DNA of 57,264 nucleotides from Methylococcaceae bacterium (GTDB lineage Bacteria; Pseudomonadota; Gammaproteobacteria; Methylococcales; Methylomonadaceae). Below the pieces are notes generated by a model. The model was not told where the DNA came from. It did not search any database and saw nothing but the letters and a program-made list of their open reading frames with translations. This document shows positions 39,762 to 50,690 of the stretch, piece by piece. Location: the NCBI GenBank assembly GCA_050304855.1, contig JBNLEI010000252.1, positions 1 through 57,264 of the forward strand, written 5' to 3'. Each line of letters begins with the position of its first letter. The stretch's first letter is position 1. The position numbers and the translations under genes are program-made.

Positions 39762-42122
39762 TTAAAATAAATCACTTTCTGGTATTGAGTCGCTTCGTTC
39801 GCCAACGAATGGAGTTGGGGAATATTGCTGAGGGATATTTTCATTTCTAAAATATTCCCAAATTCCGTTGTCACTGCCGGGCCTGGCTAGCATACCGGTT
39901 TCAGGGTTGATGAAAGCGCTACTGATTCCGCTGGGCTTTTCCAATTCTGCTTCCGGTTTGTCGCGTAAAGCCGTTTTCATAAATTCAATCCACATTGGAA
40001 GCGCGGCTTTTCCACCAGTTTCGCCATGACCAAGCGGCTTAGAGTTATCGAAGCCGAGCCACGCTGTTGCCGTGATATCGGCAGCAAAGCCGTTAAACCA
40101 AGCGTCTCTTTGTTCGTTGGTAGTGCCTGTTTTTCCGGCAAGATCACTACTCCCTAGCGATCTTGCCGCGGTTGCTGTCCCTCGTTGCACCACATCTCTT
40201 AGTAAGGTATTCATTAGGAAATTGATTTGCGGCGACATGATTCGTGGGGCATAACCGTTATCGTTATCTGAATGCAGTTCTTCGCAATGCGGACAGGCGA
40301 TAGCGGCGTGGTGTTCAAATAATGCTTCACCTTGCCTGTTTTCGATGCGACTAATAAAGTAAGGTGTGACCAGAAATCCCCCGTTAGCAAATGCAGCGTA
40401 CATTCTCGCCATTTGCAAAGGCGTGGCGTGTCCACTGCCTAACGCTAATGACAGGCTGTTAGGCAGTTGTTCGCTGCTGAATCCGAAACGTCGTCCAGTT
40501 CGAGTGACTTCGGTGATGCCGAGTTCGCGAAGTAGTCTGATAGATATCAAGTTACGCGATTTACGTAAAGCTGTTCTTAATGAAGTCGGTCCAAAAAACT
40601 TACGACTATAGTTTTCTGGTCTCCAGTTGCTTTCCAATTTGGGGTCTTCAACGACTACTGGTGCGTCGTTAATCATGCTGGCGGCAGTGAAACCGTGTTC
40701 TAAGGCCGTGGTATAAATGATGGGTTTGAAACCAGAGCCAGGTTGGCGTTTCGATTGAGTAACGCGATTATATTTGTTATGAAAAAAATCAAAGCCTCCC
40801 GTTAGCGCTAGAATTGCTCCATCGGTAGAATTTATAGCGACAAAAGCGGCTTCCGCATCGGGCACTTGCGTTAGTTCCCAACTGCCGTCAGGTAATTGTC
40901 TGACTCGGATCAGGTCATTTATGGTTAGGATATCGGCAGGTGATTTTAATTTAGGTCCTATATAGGTTCTGCTTTTGAAGATTCGAGCCCATTCGATATT
41001 TTTCCAAGGGATTTCGATAGTGGTGCGATCGGAGAGTAAGGCGTTGACGGAATGATCTGAAATTGACGTGACCAGGGCGACTTGAGTGTCGCCAATCATG
41101 TCGGCCATAAATGATTTGTCAATGCCGTGTTTTTTGTGCGGCAGACTTCTATAGCCATGGCGCTGATCGTATGAATGTAATGCATGTTTTAATGCTTCAT
41201 TTGCTGCTGACTGAAGTTTGCCGGTAACGGTGGTAAAAACATTAAGCCCTAAAGTGTAAGTTTCTTCTCCGTAGTACTGGTAAATAGTTTGACGAACCAT
41301 TTCCGCTATGTAAGGCGCGGAAAGTTCGTTCTCCTCATTGTGAAGAGTGGCGGTTATTGGTGCACTAATCGCCAGATCCTGTTCTTTTTTATCGATATAA
41401 CCCTGTTCGAACATTCTACGCAGAACATAATTCCGTCTCAACTGAGCTTTTTGGGGGTTGGTAACCGGGTTATTGTTGGAAGGAGCTTTGGGTAGTCCTG
41501 CCAACATAGCCATTTCTGCTAGAGAAAGTTCCGATAAAGACTTACCGTAATAAGTTTGCGCGGCAGCGGCAATGCCGTAGGAGCGGTGACCCAGATAAAT
41601 TTTATTCAGGTAGAGCTGCAATATTTTATCTTTTGAATATTCCTGCTCAATTTGCAGAGCGAGGATGATTTCCTTGATTTTGCGGATATAGGTTTTTTCC
41701 CTGCTTAGCAAAAAGTTGCGTGCAACTTGCATGGTAATGGTGCTGCCACCTTGTTTTTTTTGCCCGGTTAGAATCAGCTGAGTAACTGCCCGCAATAATC
41801 CTTGGTAATCAACCCCCGGATGGGAATAAAAACGGTCGTCTTCGGCGGCTAGAAAGGCGTTTATCTGTTGTAACGGAACTTGTTCGATGTCTATCGGAAT
41901 ACGTTTTTTTTCACCAAAGCGAGCTATTAGCTGATGGTCTGCAGAAAAAATGCTCAACGGAATTTGATATTGAACATCGCGTAGCTGTTTTACATCAGGA
42001 AGTTCCTGCTCTAATTGTTTATAGAACAAGTAGCCGGCAAAAAATAGGCAGGCTGAAAAAAAGACTGATGAGATGAAAAGCCATTTAAGAGTGGTTAAGA
42101 GATACGTCCGGTGTTTAGACAC
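39762..42122 (-). CDS. mrcA: penicillin-binding protein 1A
   Basis: EDDRFY, GGSTITMQ, RKIKE transglycosylase; PGSGFK, SRN, KTGT transpeptidase; divergent from pilM. Confidence 0.95.
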   Translation of the reverse strand: MSKHRTYLLTTLKWLFISSVFFSACLFFAGYLFYKQLEQELPDVKQLRDVQYQIPLSIFSADHQLIARFGEKKRIPIDIEQVPLQQINAFLAAEDDRFYSHPGVDYQGLLRAVTQLILTGQKKQGGSTITMQVARNFLLSREKTYIRKIKEIILALQIEQEYSKDKILQLYLNKIYLGHRSYGIAAAAQTYYGKSLSELSLAEMAMLAGLPKAPSNNNPVTNPQKAQLRRNYVLRRMFEQGYIDKKEQDLAISAPITATLHNEENELSAPYIAEMVRQTIYQYYGEETYTLGLNVFTTVTGKLQSAANEALKHALHSYDQRHGYRSLPHKKHGIDKSFMADMIGDTQVALVTSISDHSVNALLSDRTTIEIPWKNIEWARIFKSRTYIGPKLKSPADILTINDLIRVRQLPDGSWELTQVPDAEAAFVAINSTDGAILALTGGFDFFHNKYNRVTQSKRQPGSGFKPIIYTTALEHGFTAASMINDAPVVVEDPKLESNWRPENYSRKFFGPTSLRTALRKSRNLISIRLLRELGITEVTRTGRRFGFSSEQLPNSLSLALGSGHATPLQMARMYAAFANGGFLVTPYFISRIENRQGEALFEHHAAIACPHCEELHSDNDNGYAPRIMSPQINFLMNTLLRDVVQRGTATAARSLGSSDLAGKTGTTNEQRDAWFNGFAADITATAWLGFDNSKPLGHGETGGKAALPMWIEFMKTALRDKPEAELEKPSGISSAFINPETGMLARPGSDNGIWEYFRNENIPQQYSPTPFVGERSDSIPESDLF

Positions 42123-42334
42123 TGTATTCCGAAAAAATTAGAACGAAATTGGACTCAAAATACCTTTTTTTGTGATTAAGAACAATAGAAATTTTAAATA
42201 AACCGCCCGTCAGCCTGTGAAAAAATAAAAAGGCTACTATACTTTTGCTGGAAAGCGGTTCTGACAGTTGATTTCTTGCTGAGACAAGGCGTAACTGCAG
42301 ATATTATGCCACTACATCAAATAAGGGTTTGTTC

Positions 42335-43396
42335 ATGAGCTGGTTTAGAAAGAATCAGTCTGTTGTTCTGGGTATCGATATAAGTACGGCAGCGATTAAG
42401 TTATTGGAGTTAAGTAAAGCAGGTGCTCGTTATCGCGTGGAAAGTTATGCCGTTGCACCTTTGCCCCAGGATGTCGTGGTTGATAAAAATATCACTAATG
42501 TCGAGGTCATAGGCAATGCGGTAAAGGCTGCGGTAAAACAATCAGGAACGCGAGTAAAACAAGCCTGTGTTGCGGTTGCGGGCTCATCGGTGATGACGAA
42601 GATTATATCGATGCCAGCTTCATTATCGGATGAAGAAATGGAAGAGCAGATCATGGTCGAAGCGGATCAGTACATCCCTTATTCCCTAGACGAGGTCAAT
42701 CTCGACTTTGAGGTTCAGGGGGTTTCCGAAAACAATCCGGCGATGGTTGATGTGTTGCTAGCGGCATCACGACGAGAAAATATCGACGATCGTATTGAGG
42801 CATTGAACATAGCCGGATTAAAAGCGGCGATTGTTGATGTGGAAGCTTTTGCTATGGAGAACGCTTTCACGCTCTTAGCCGATCAACTACCTGATTCGGT
42901 AGAAAACCAGACGGTAGCAATTGCTGATATCGGTGCGACTATGGCTACGCTGAATGTATTGCATAACGGCAAGACGATATATACCAGGGAACAGGGCTTT
43001 GGCGGTAAGCAATTGACGGAGGAAATTCAACGTCGTTATGGGCTTTCTTATGAGGAGGCTGGGTTAGCAAAAAGGCATGGAGGACTGCCTGACAATTATG
43101 TTACGGACGTGTTGGAGCCTTTCAAAAAGGCGATGGTGCAGCAAATCGCCAGGTCTTTACAGTTTTTTGTTTCTTCCAGTGCTAATCGGGGAGTGGATAG
43201 CGTGATTCTTGCAGGAGGTTGTTCCTCAATTCCAGGGTTGGAAAAATTGGTTGAACAGGACCTAGGTATTCCATCTTATGTGGCTAACCCCTTCATCAAC
43301 ATGGCCCTTTCCAATAAAGTGAAGCCGCAAAGTTTGAGTAATGACACTCCGGCAATGATGATCGCTTGTGGACTGGCGTTAAGGAGTTTTGATTAA
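42335..43396 (+). CDS. pilM: type IV pilus assembly protein PilM
   Basis: Actin-like fold: GIDIST, DVEAFA, DIGA, GGKQLT, LAGG, ACGLALRSFD. Confidence 0.95.
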   Translation: MSWFRKNQSVVLGIDISTAAIKLLELSKAGARYRVESYAVAPLPQDVVVDKNITNVEVIGNAVKAAVKQSGTRVKQACVAVAGSSVMTKIISMPASLSDEEMEEQIMVEADQYIPYSLDEVNLDFEVQGVSENNPAMVDVLLAASRRENIDDRIEALNIAGLKAAIVDVEAFAMENAFTLLADQLPDSVENQTVAIADIGATMATLNVLHNGKTIYTREQGFGGKQLTEEIQRRYGLSYEEAGLAKRHGGLPDNYVTDVLEPFKKAMVQQIARSLQFFVSSSANRGVDSVILAGGCSSIPGLEKLVEQDLGIPSYVANPFINMALSNKVKPQSLSNDTPAMMIACGLALRSFD

Positions 43397-43971
43397 TGGC
43401 TAGAATTAATTTACTGCCTTGGCGAGAAGAGCTGCGGAAACAGAAACAACAGGATTTTATGATCGGAATTGGTATTGCCGTCATTATTACCTGTGTGCTT
43501 CTTGCGGGAGTTTATCTCTATATCGAGGGGCTTAAAGAATATCAGCAGCGAAGAAATCAAATGCTCAATGATGAAATTACCGTTCTCAACAGAAAAATCA
43601 AAGAGATTAAGGATATCGAAGAAAAGAAAAACAAGCTGCTGACTAAAATCGAAGTGATCCAGAAATTACAAGAAAGCCGGCCTGAAGTCGTACATTTGTT
43701 TGATGAGCTGGCCAAGGTAACTCCCGACGGTGTGCACTTAACCAAGTTTGTTCAGACGGGGACCAATTTGTCATTGGACGGCAAGGCTCAGTCTAATGCT
43801 AGGGTGTCGGCATATATGCGCTCGATCGAAAATTCGCCTTGGCTAAAAGCGCCTAAACTGAGTGTAATCAAAGGTCAAGGGGAAAAGAAAGGGAATCTGA
43901 ATGATTTCAGCATGATGGCGCAACAGGGACAGGATAAATCTGAAGAAGAGAAAAAAGGAGCAGGCCGATGA
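43396..43971 (+). CDS. pilN: type IV pilus assembly protein PilN
   Basis: MARINLLPWRE, TM helix, SNARVSAYMR. Confidence 0.95.
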   Translation: MARINLLPWREELRKQKQQDFMIGIGIAVIITCVLLAGVYLYIEGLKEYQQRRNQMLNDEITVLNRKIKEIKDIEEKKNKLLTKIEVIQKLQESRPEVVHLFDELAKVTPDGVHLTKFVQTGTNLSLDGKAQSNARVSAYMRSIENSPWLKAPKLSVIKGQGEKKGNLNDFSMMAQQGQDKSEEEKKGAGR

Positions 43972-44573
43972 ATTTATCCGAAATCAATTGGGATTTTAAT
44001 GCTGCCGGTACGTGGCCGTTTCCGATTAAAGCGGCATTTGTGTTAATCGTATGTTTCATGGTGGCCGGAGCTAATTATTATTATATTACGATGGATCAGT
44101 TGGCTGAACTTGAAAAGATTGAAGCGGAGGAGCTGACATTAAAAAATTCATTTGAAAGCAAGCAACGTAAAGCGGTGAATTTACAGGATTATCGCGATCA
44201 ATTACAGCAGATTGAAGCTTCGCTGGGAGAAATGATCAAGCAAATGCCGACTAAAGCTGAAGTCGCCAATTTACTGGTCGATATTTCTCAGACCGGTTTA
44301 GCTAGCGGATTGGAGTTTAAATTGTTTAAACCCAGCGGCGAGATCCGTAAAGAGTTTTATTCAGAGTTGCCGATTAGCATTGAGGTTGTCGGAAAATATG
44401 AGGAGTTGGGATTGTTTGTCAGCGGATTGGCGTCTTTGCCTAGGATTGTTACCGTACATGATGTCAATATGTCTCCAATAAAAAATGGGATGACCATGAA
44501 GGCAACGGTAAAGACCTACAATGAAGGGGTAGCGGAACAAGCGCCTGCCAAAAAGAAACGGAGAAAAAGATGA
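43968..44573 (+). CDS. pilO: type IV pilus assembly protein PilO
   Basis: G.WP, LLVDISQTG..SGLEF, FYSELPI, LPRIVT. Confidence 0.94.
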   Translation: MNLSEINWDFNAAGTWPFPIKAAFVLIVCFMVAGANYYYITMDQLAELEKIEAEELTLKNSFESKQRKAVNLQDYRDQLQQIEASLGEMIKQMPTKAEVANLLVDISQTGLASGLEFKLFKPSGEIRKEFYSELPISIEVVGKYEELGLFVSGLASLPRIVTVHDVNMSPIKNGMTMKATVKTYNEGVAEQAPAKKKRRKR

Positions 44574-45121
44574 ATTCTGTTTTGAATGTCATGAAGCTAG
44601 ATAAGATAATGACGGCCTTTTTCTTTTCGTTCGGGCTTTTGGGGTGCAGTAGTGACGATTTCAGCGATTTGACCAAATATATTTCCGAAGTCAAGTCCCG
44701 TCCGAAAGGGACGATTGAGCCGTTACCAGAAATCAAAGTGGTTGAACCGTTTATTTTTAAACCGGACGGTTTGAGAGATCCGTTTAAGCCGATTGAAAAA
44801 CTCGCTGACGCGGATAATCCTGATGTGGCGCCCGGTAGTGGTATTAGACCTGACTCTACACGGCGGAGAGAAGAATTGGAGTCTTATGAATTGGATACGT
44901 TGCGGATGGTAGGGACACTGACAATGAAAGACGGCTTGTGGGGGCTGATAAGAGCAAATGATGGAACTATCCACCGAGTGCAGGTCGGGCATCACATGGG
45001 GAAAAATTACGGAAAAATTATCCGAATTTTGGAAGATAAAATCGAATTGATGGAAATCGTGCCGGACAATAAGCCTGGTATGTGGCGTGAGCAACAGGCT
45101 TCATTAGCAATAGCGGAGTAA
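44570..45121 (+). CDS. pilP: type IV pilus lipoprotein PilP
   Basis: Lipobox LLGC, LRDPF, LESYELDTLRMVGTL, G.NYG.I. Confidence 0.93.
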   Translation: MNSVLNVMKLDKIMTAFFFSFGLLGCSSDDFSDLTKYISEVKSRPKGTIEPLPEIKVVEPFIFKPDGLRDPFKPIEKLADADNPDVAPGSGIRPDSTRRREELESYELDTLRMVGTLTMKDGLWGLIRANDGTIHRVQVGHHMGKNYGKIIRILEDKIELMEIVPDNKPGMWREQQASLAIAE

Positions 45122-45134
45122 TTAAGGGTTAAAT

Positions 45135-47327
45135 ATGAATACTAAGCAGAATAACTTTTTTGGGGAATGGTCGATCTCGTCGAAAAGATACGGGGTGATG
45201 GTCGTTTTTGTTTGGTTGCTGCAAGCTTATTCCGTATCGGCTAGTGAAAAAGCAATCGAATCGTTACAGTTTTCCTCATTATCTGGTAATAAAGTTCAGT
45301 TACAGCTGGATTTGAATTCCCCGGTGAGCGAGCCGAAAGTATTTCAAACCGATAATCCGGCAAGAATTGCGTTGGACTTTGCCGGAGTGAAGAGCCATTT
45401 AGCCAAAAAAAGTTTTCCAATCAATCAAGGTGCAGCGAGCTCGGTTTATGTGGTGGAAGCCGGCGGCCGAACCCGAGTGATTGTTAATCTAACGGAATCC
45501 GTGGACTACGAAACCCGAATGGAAGGCGATAAGTATTATGTCGTGTTGAACGCTGGAAAATCGATTGCAACCAGCGAAAAAGTAGTTAAGAAGCAGCTGA
45601 AGCAAAGCAATATCAGCCGATTGATTCCGCAACAAACCATTAAAGCGATCGATTTCAGGAGAGGTCCTCAAGGCGAAGGACGCTTATTGCTTTCGCTTTC
45701 TAACCCTAACACCGTAGTCGATGTTAAGGAGAAAGGCGGAAAGGTCATCTTAAATTTTTTGAACACTAAATTGCCTGCGTCGCTGGTTAAAAGTTATGAT
45801 GTGATTGATTTTGCTACGCCGGTACAAAGAATTGATGCTAGTGCGCGCGGTAATGGTGTCAACATTACCGTGTCTACGGTTGATGGTAATTACGATTATT
45901 CTTCATTTCAGTCCGAAGGGCTTTTGACTGTTGAGTTTCGACCAATCTCTATTGAAGAAAAAACAGCGCTGCTAAAAAACAAATTTCCTTACACAGGAGC
46001 GAAATTGTCGCTTAACTTTCAGGATATTGAGGTTAGGTCTGTGTTGCAGATTCTGGCCGATTTTACTGAGCTTAACATTATTGCATCAGACTCGGTCGGT
46101 GGTTCGGTGACATTAAGGTTAAACGATGTGCCATGGGACCAAGCATTGGCTTTGGTGCTCAAATCAAAAGGGTTGGCTAAAAGAGAAAGTGGTAATGTGG
46201 TATTTGTCGCGCCGGCTGCAGAAATTACCAAAATGGAGCAAGACGAACTCGCGGCAGAAAAAATCGAAAAACGATTGGAACCGCTAAGAACCGAATATAT
46301 CCAAATTAATTATGCTAAAGCGGAAGATTTCAGCAAAATGTTATTGTCTACGGGACGTAGCGTGGGAGGTGCAGGGCAGACGACTGGAGCTGGGATTAAT
46401 CAAGGAGGTAGTATTGGTTCAGTTGATACTGACGAGTTACGTTTAATTTCTGCCAGAGGTTCTGTGATTGTCGATCCACGGACGAATACACTGATTGTTC
46501 GTGATACTGCTAAACAGCTGGAAGAGATACGCAAATTGATTAAGCTGCTTGATATTCCGATCAGGCAGGTGTTGGTTGAGTCTAGAGTCGTCATTGCCGA
46601 TACCGATTTTATCCGTGACTTTTCAGTTAATTTCGGTGCCGCTAAAGACAGTGATGACGTCGGATCAGGTAAGAGTTTTACTTTGGGCGGGACTGGTGTT
46701 GGATCCACTTCAACATTGACCGATTTGACTAATGCATTAACTGCGACGAGCGGCGGTGCGTTGGCTATGACCTTGGCGAGAGGGGCTAACTATGTACTCA
46801 ATTTGGAATTGGAAGCCTTGCAAACTAATGGTAAAGGGGAAGTTTTGGCTAACCCACGGGTGATGACCACGGACCGGGTTCAAGCTATCATCAAACAAGG
46901 TATTCAGATTCCCTATCAAACGACTAGTCAAAATGGGACAAAGACCGAATTAGTGGATGCTGTGCTTGAATTGAATGTGACGCCTCAGATAACCCCGAAT
47001 GGCAGTATCATTATGGAATTGCTGGTTAAAAAGGATGCGCCGGGTACGGAACCTATTCAAGTTGGCGGAAATGATGGCTCGGCCGGTGCGATTCCGATCA
47101 ATAAAAGTGAAGTGCAAACTCAGGTGCAAGTTGAAGACGGAGAAACCGCAGTTTTGGGAGGAATTTATGAAAGCACTGCGACCGAGAGTATCGCCAAAAT
47201 ACCTTGGTTCGGAGATTTGCCAGGAATCGGATGGTTGTTTAAAGATACGAGCAAAAGTGAAATCAAAAAAGAATTGCTGATTTTTATTACGCCGAAAATA
47301 GTAAAAAGTACTTTGTCAACCAGCTAA
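45135..47327 (+). CDS. pilQ: type IV pilus secretin PilQ
   Basis: AMIN domains, SLNFQDIEVRSVLQ, VPWDQAL, DPRTNTLIV, L.VTPQITP, ELLIFITPKI. Confidence 0.95.
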   Translation: MNTKQNNFFGEWSISSKRYGVMVVFVWLLQAYSVSASEKAIESLQFSSLSGNKVQLQLDLNSPVSEPKVFQTDNPARIALDFAGVKSHLAKKSFPINQGAASSVYVVEAGGRTRVIVNLTESVDYETRMEGDKYYVVLNAGKSIATSEKVVKKQLKQSNISRLIPQQTIKAIDFRRGPQGEGRLLLSLSNPNTVVDVKEKGGKVILNFLNTKLPASLVKSYDVIDFATPVQRIDASARGNGVNITVSTVDGNYDYSSFQSEGLLTVEFRPISIEEKTALLKNKFPYTGAKLSLNFQDIEVRSVLQILADFTELNIIASDSVGGSVTLRLNDVPWDQALALVLKSKGLAKRESGNVVFVAPAAEITKMEQDELAAEKIEKRLEPLRTEYIQINYAKAEDFSKMLLSTGRSVGGAGQTTGAGINQGGSIGSVDTDELRLISARGSVIVDPRTNTLIVRDTAKQLEEIRKLIKLLDIPIRQVLVESRVVIADTDFIRDFSVNFGAAKDSDDVGSGKSFTLGGTGVGSTSTLTDLTNALTATSGGALAMTLARGANYVLNLELEALQTNGKGEVLANPRVMTTDRVQAIIKQGIQIPYQTTSQNGTKTELVDAVLELNVTPQITPNGSIIMELLVKKDAPGTEPIQVGGNDGSAGAIPINKSEVQTQVQVEDGETAVLGGIYESTATESIAKIPWFGDLPGIGWLFKDTSKSEIKKELLIFITPKIVKSTLSTS

Positions 47328-47344
47328 GCAGTTATACTTGAGGT

Positions 47345-47373
47345 AAAAAAAGGGGCATAATGCCCCTTTTTTT
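47345..47373. terminator. intrinsic terminator after pilQ (A and T tracts on both sides)
   Basis: AAAAAAAGGGGCA-TAA-TGCCCCTTTTTTT. Confidence 0.85.
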
Positions 47374-47397
47374 ATGCTTTTTAATCGCTTTCATATC

Positions 47398-47925
47398 ATG
47401 AAACAGGCAAAAAATATATATTTGATCGGGTTGATGGGAGTCGGTAAAACTACGATCGGCAAACAATTGGCTAAGACGTTGGGGATGCCCTTTTATGACA
47501 GTGATAAGGTGATCGAAGAAAGCACCGGTGTTGATATTCCTACCATTTTTGAATACGAGGGCGAAACTGGATTCCGGTTACGTGAATTGGCTGTAATAGG
47601 ACAACTGACCGAATTAGAAGGTGTCGTGTTAGCGACTGGAGGAGGGGCCATTATTAAGGAGCAGAATCGGTTGGCTTTAAGGCAAAATGGTTTTGTTGTC
47701 TATTTGCAATGTTCGGTTGATAAAATTCTGCAAAGAACCAAACGTGACAACAAAAGGCCGTTGCTCAATACCGAAAACCCCAGGGAACGCATCGAAGCGC
47801 TTTTTAAAGAGAGAGAGCGCTTATATTTGTCGTGTGCGGATTATAGAATAGATACCGGTATAATGCCGAGCAGAACGGTTGTTAAAAATATTTTGAAAGT
47901 ATTTCTGGCGCAAAGCGGATTATGA
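47398..47925 (+). CDS. aroK: shikimate kinase
   Basis: [10 protein letters not shown]-loop, DSD, EGE.GFR, ATGGG, RPLL. Confidence 0.95.
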   Translation: MKQAKNIYLIGLMGVGKTTIGKQLAKTLGMPFYDSDKVIEESTGVDIPTIFEYEGETGFRLRELAVIGQLTELEGVVLATGGGAIIKEQNRLALRQNGFVVYLQCSVDKILQRTKRDNKRPLLNTENPRERIEALFKERERLYLSCADYRIDTGIMPSRTVVKNILKVFLAQSGL

Positions 47926-47932
47926 ACTAATA

Positions 47933-49012
47933 ATGAAAGAATTATATGTAGATTTAAAGGAGAGAAGTTATCCGATCTATATCGGTGCTGAGTTGTTAGG
48001 GAGGCAGGACTTGTTGGTGCGTCATATTCGATCTCAACAGGTTTTAATCGTGACTAATGAAACCGTTGCACCATTGTACTTATCACAGCTGCAACAGGCT
48101 TTGGCGGAACACCGGCAGGAAGTGGTTATTCTTCCTGATGGTGAGCAATATAAAACGCTGGAATATATTAGTAGAATTTTCGATTGTCTGATGGAACGAA
48201 AATTTAGTCGTAATGCGACGCTCATTGCCTTAGGTGGCGGGGTTGTAGGAGATATGGGAGGATTTGCGGCCGCTTGTTTTCAGCGCGGAATCCATTTTAT
48301 TCAGATCCCCACTACTTTGTTGGCTCAGGTCGATTCATCAGTCGGTGGAAAAACCGGAGTTAATCATCCATTAGGGAAGAATATGATCGGCGCATTTTAT
48401 CAACCTCAATGTGTGATCGCTGATACCCAAGTGCTTGATTCATTGCCTGACAGAGAGCTCTCGGCCGGCATCGCCGAGGTGATAAAATACGGATTGATCA
48501 GGGACTTACCTTTTTTTCAGTGGCTGGAAGAAAATGTGGGTGCCTTACTGGCTAGAGATAGCGAGGCGTTGGCGTTCGCAATTGAACGGTCTTGCCAAAA
48601 TAAAGCTGAGGTTGTCGCTGCGGATGAGTTTGAGTCCGGCGTCAGGGCAACATTGAATTTGGGGCATACTTTCGGACATGCCATCGAAACCGGGATGGGG
48701 TACGGAGAATATTTACACGGGGAGGCGGTAGCGATCGGGACTTGTTTGGCTGCCGACTTATCGTGTCGATTAGGATGGTTGAAAGATCACGAGGTTGCCA
48801 GAATCATAGCGATTTTCAAGGCGGCAGCGTTACCGATTGAGTCGCCTAAAGAGATGAGCGTTGAAAAGTATTTAGATTTAATGTCTGTCGATAAGAAAAA
48901 CATCGATGGCAAAATACGGGTAATTTTACTAGAGGCGTTGGGAAAAGCCTCGTTACCTGTTAATGTGGAACTGTCAGTGTTGAAGCAGACTCTCGAAAAC
49001 TATTCCGGTTAA
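47933..49012 (+). CDS. aroB: 3-dehydroquinate synthase
   Basis: [47 protein letters not shown]. Confidence 0.97.
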   Translation: MKELYVDLKERSYPIYIGAELLGRQDLLVRHIRSQQVLIVTNETVAPLYLSQLQQALAEHRQEVVILPDGEQYKTLEYISRIFDCLMERKFSRNATLIALGGGVVGDMGGFAAACFQRGIHFIQIPTTLLAQVDSSVGGKTGVNHPLGKNMIGAFYQPQCVIADTQVLDSLPDRELSAGIAEVIKYGLIRDLPFFQWLEENVGALLARDSEALAFAIERSCQNKAEVVAADEFESGVRATLNLGHTFGHAIETGMGYGEYLHGEAVAIGTCLAADLSCRLGWLKDHEVARIIAIFKAAALPIESPKEMSVEKYLDLMSVDKKNIDGKIRVILLEALGKASLPVNVELSVLKQTLENYSG

Positions 49013-49034
49013 CGATTGGGCAATGTGTTAGAAG

Positions 49035-50567
49035 ATGATGAGCACGCAACAAACCAAAGCTTCGGTTCAAATATTGATAACGCTTGAGCGTGCGCAGAAA
49101 TTGGATTTATTGATCCATCTTATCAGTAATTTAAGTCAATCTTTGGTCATTTGCGGGCCGAAGGGAATCGGTAAAACAAAACTGCTGCAAACACTTGCCT
49201 CTAACCATGGCGATCAATGGCCTATTTGTATTTTGCAAGGATCGTCGGGATTGAGTTTTGAGAGTGCTTTGGAGAGTTTCTCGCACCAATTAATGCAACA
49301 GCAATCGGGGTTTTCCGGTCATGGGTTATCGGATTTGTTAGTGCATTATCAAAAAAATAATCGGAAAGTTGTTTTAGTGATTGATGATGCCGGTTTACTC
49401 GTTCCCGGGCTGATTTCATCCTTGATTCAATATGCAAACGCAAACGATTGCTTACGGCTTGTGTTGGCTTTAACACATGATGAGTTGCATATCAAAACTC
49501 GTACCGACGTCATAATAGACGAATGTCATTTCATTGAGATTCCGCCTTTAAATAAAAAGCAATGCATGACATTTTTGCAAAATTTGTCGGCGCAGCCGGG
49601 AGCGGCTATTTCTTTCAATGCGGTTACGGACGCTTTAGTCGATAATCTTTATAGTGAAACTCACGGTATTCCGGGCAGGATTCATAGCGAATTGCCTCGC
49701 TTGTCTGATTACGAGCCGAAAGTCGGGATGAAATGGGGTTTGGCTTTAATAATAGTTTTCGTTGGTCTGTTTTCAAGTGCGATGCTTTATTTGCAACATC
49801 CCGCTCGGCAACAGAACAAGTTACCTGCGCTGGAACCGTTGATCAGCGACAAAGTGGCAGCGGTGGATATTTCCTCACCGGTCATTCAAGTGGAGCGCAA
49901 TGAACCTGTTATACCTCCTATAAAAGAAGCCGGACAGCAGCAACCTGACGCAAAATTTTCTGAAGATCAAAGTTTCTCACCAGAGCAAATTCAAGAAAAT
50001 AATGAAAATATTATCTTTGATGGAGGGCTTAATTCGGTTGAGATGGCCCAACAGGATATTTTGAATCAAACTGAGCTAGAGGACTTGCAAAATCAATTAA
50101 CAGGTGACCCCGGCGATACTCAATCGACGATTGACGAAACTCCGGAAGAGGGTGAAGCAATCAAGCCCGTTGAGGAAAAAAAATTCGTCGAGAGCGAACC
50201 AAAACCGGCAATAGTCTCTGAAGAGGTCGATAAAAATCTGCATAAACCGAAAAAAGAGGAAATTGAGTTTTTAAAAAACGATATCGAATGGATTCGCCGA
50301 CAAAGGCCAAATGACTACACCATGCAATTGATGGTGTTGTCGCAAGAGTCGTCAGTTTTGGATTTACTAAAGAAATATCAAAGTCATCGTGACTCGATTA
50401 AATATTTTAGATTGGATAAGCCGGAACAGAAAAAGTTTGTGGTCGTTTATGGACGCTACGATACGTCAGCTGAAGCCGAAAAAGCGAAAAAAACATTGCC
50501 GGCTGAGTTCAGAAAAGCATGGGTTAGAACGTTCAAAGCATTGCAACAACAGATATCCACTCATTAA
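49035..50567 (+). CDS. AAA-like domain + TM + SPOR domain protein (DamX-like)
   Basis: Walker A GPKGIGKT, Walker B VLVIDDA, one TM, acidic linker, C-terminal SPOR (YTMQL..VVYGRY..AWVR); usual position after aroB. Confidence 0.82.
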   Translation: MMSTQQTKASVQILITLERAQKLDLLIHLISNLSQSLVICGPKGIGKTKLLQTLASNHGDQWPICILQGSSGLSFESALESFSHQLMQQQSGFSGHGLSDLLVHYQKNNRKVVLVIDDAGLLVPGLISSLIQYANANDCLRLVLALTHDELHIKTRTDVIIDECHFIEIPPLNKKQCMTFLQNLSAQPGAAISFNAVTDALVDNLYSETHGIPGRIHSELPRLSDYEPKVGMKWGLALIIVFVGLFSSAMLYLQHPARQQNKLPALEPLISDKVAAVDISSPVIQVERNEPVIPPIKEAGQQQPDAKFSEDQSFSPEQIQENNENIIFDGGLNSVEMAQQDILNQTELEDLQNQLTGDPGDTQSTIDETPEEGEAIKPVEEKKFVESEPKPAIVSEEVDKNLHKPKKEEIEFLKNDIEWIRRQRPNDYTMQLMVLSQESSVLDLLKKYQSHRDSIKYFRLDKPEQKKFVVVYGRYDTSAEAEKAKKTLPAEFRKAWVRTFKALQQQISTH

Positions 50568-50690
50568 ATCTTTTTTCAATCAATGTTCATAACCGATCCC
50601 GGCTGATTTTTGCTGGAATCATGATATATTCCGAAATCAGATAAACGGCTGCTGTAAACACCCGACATTTAAAACTCATACACTTATATA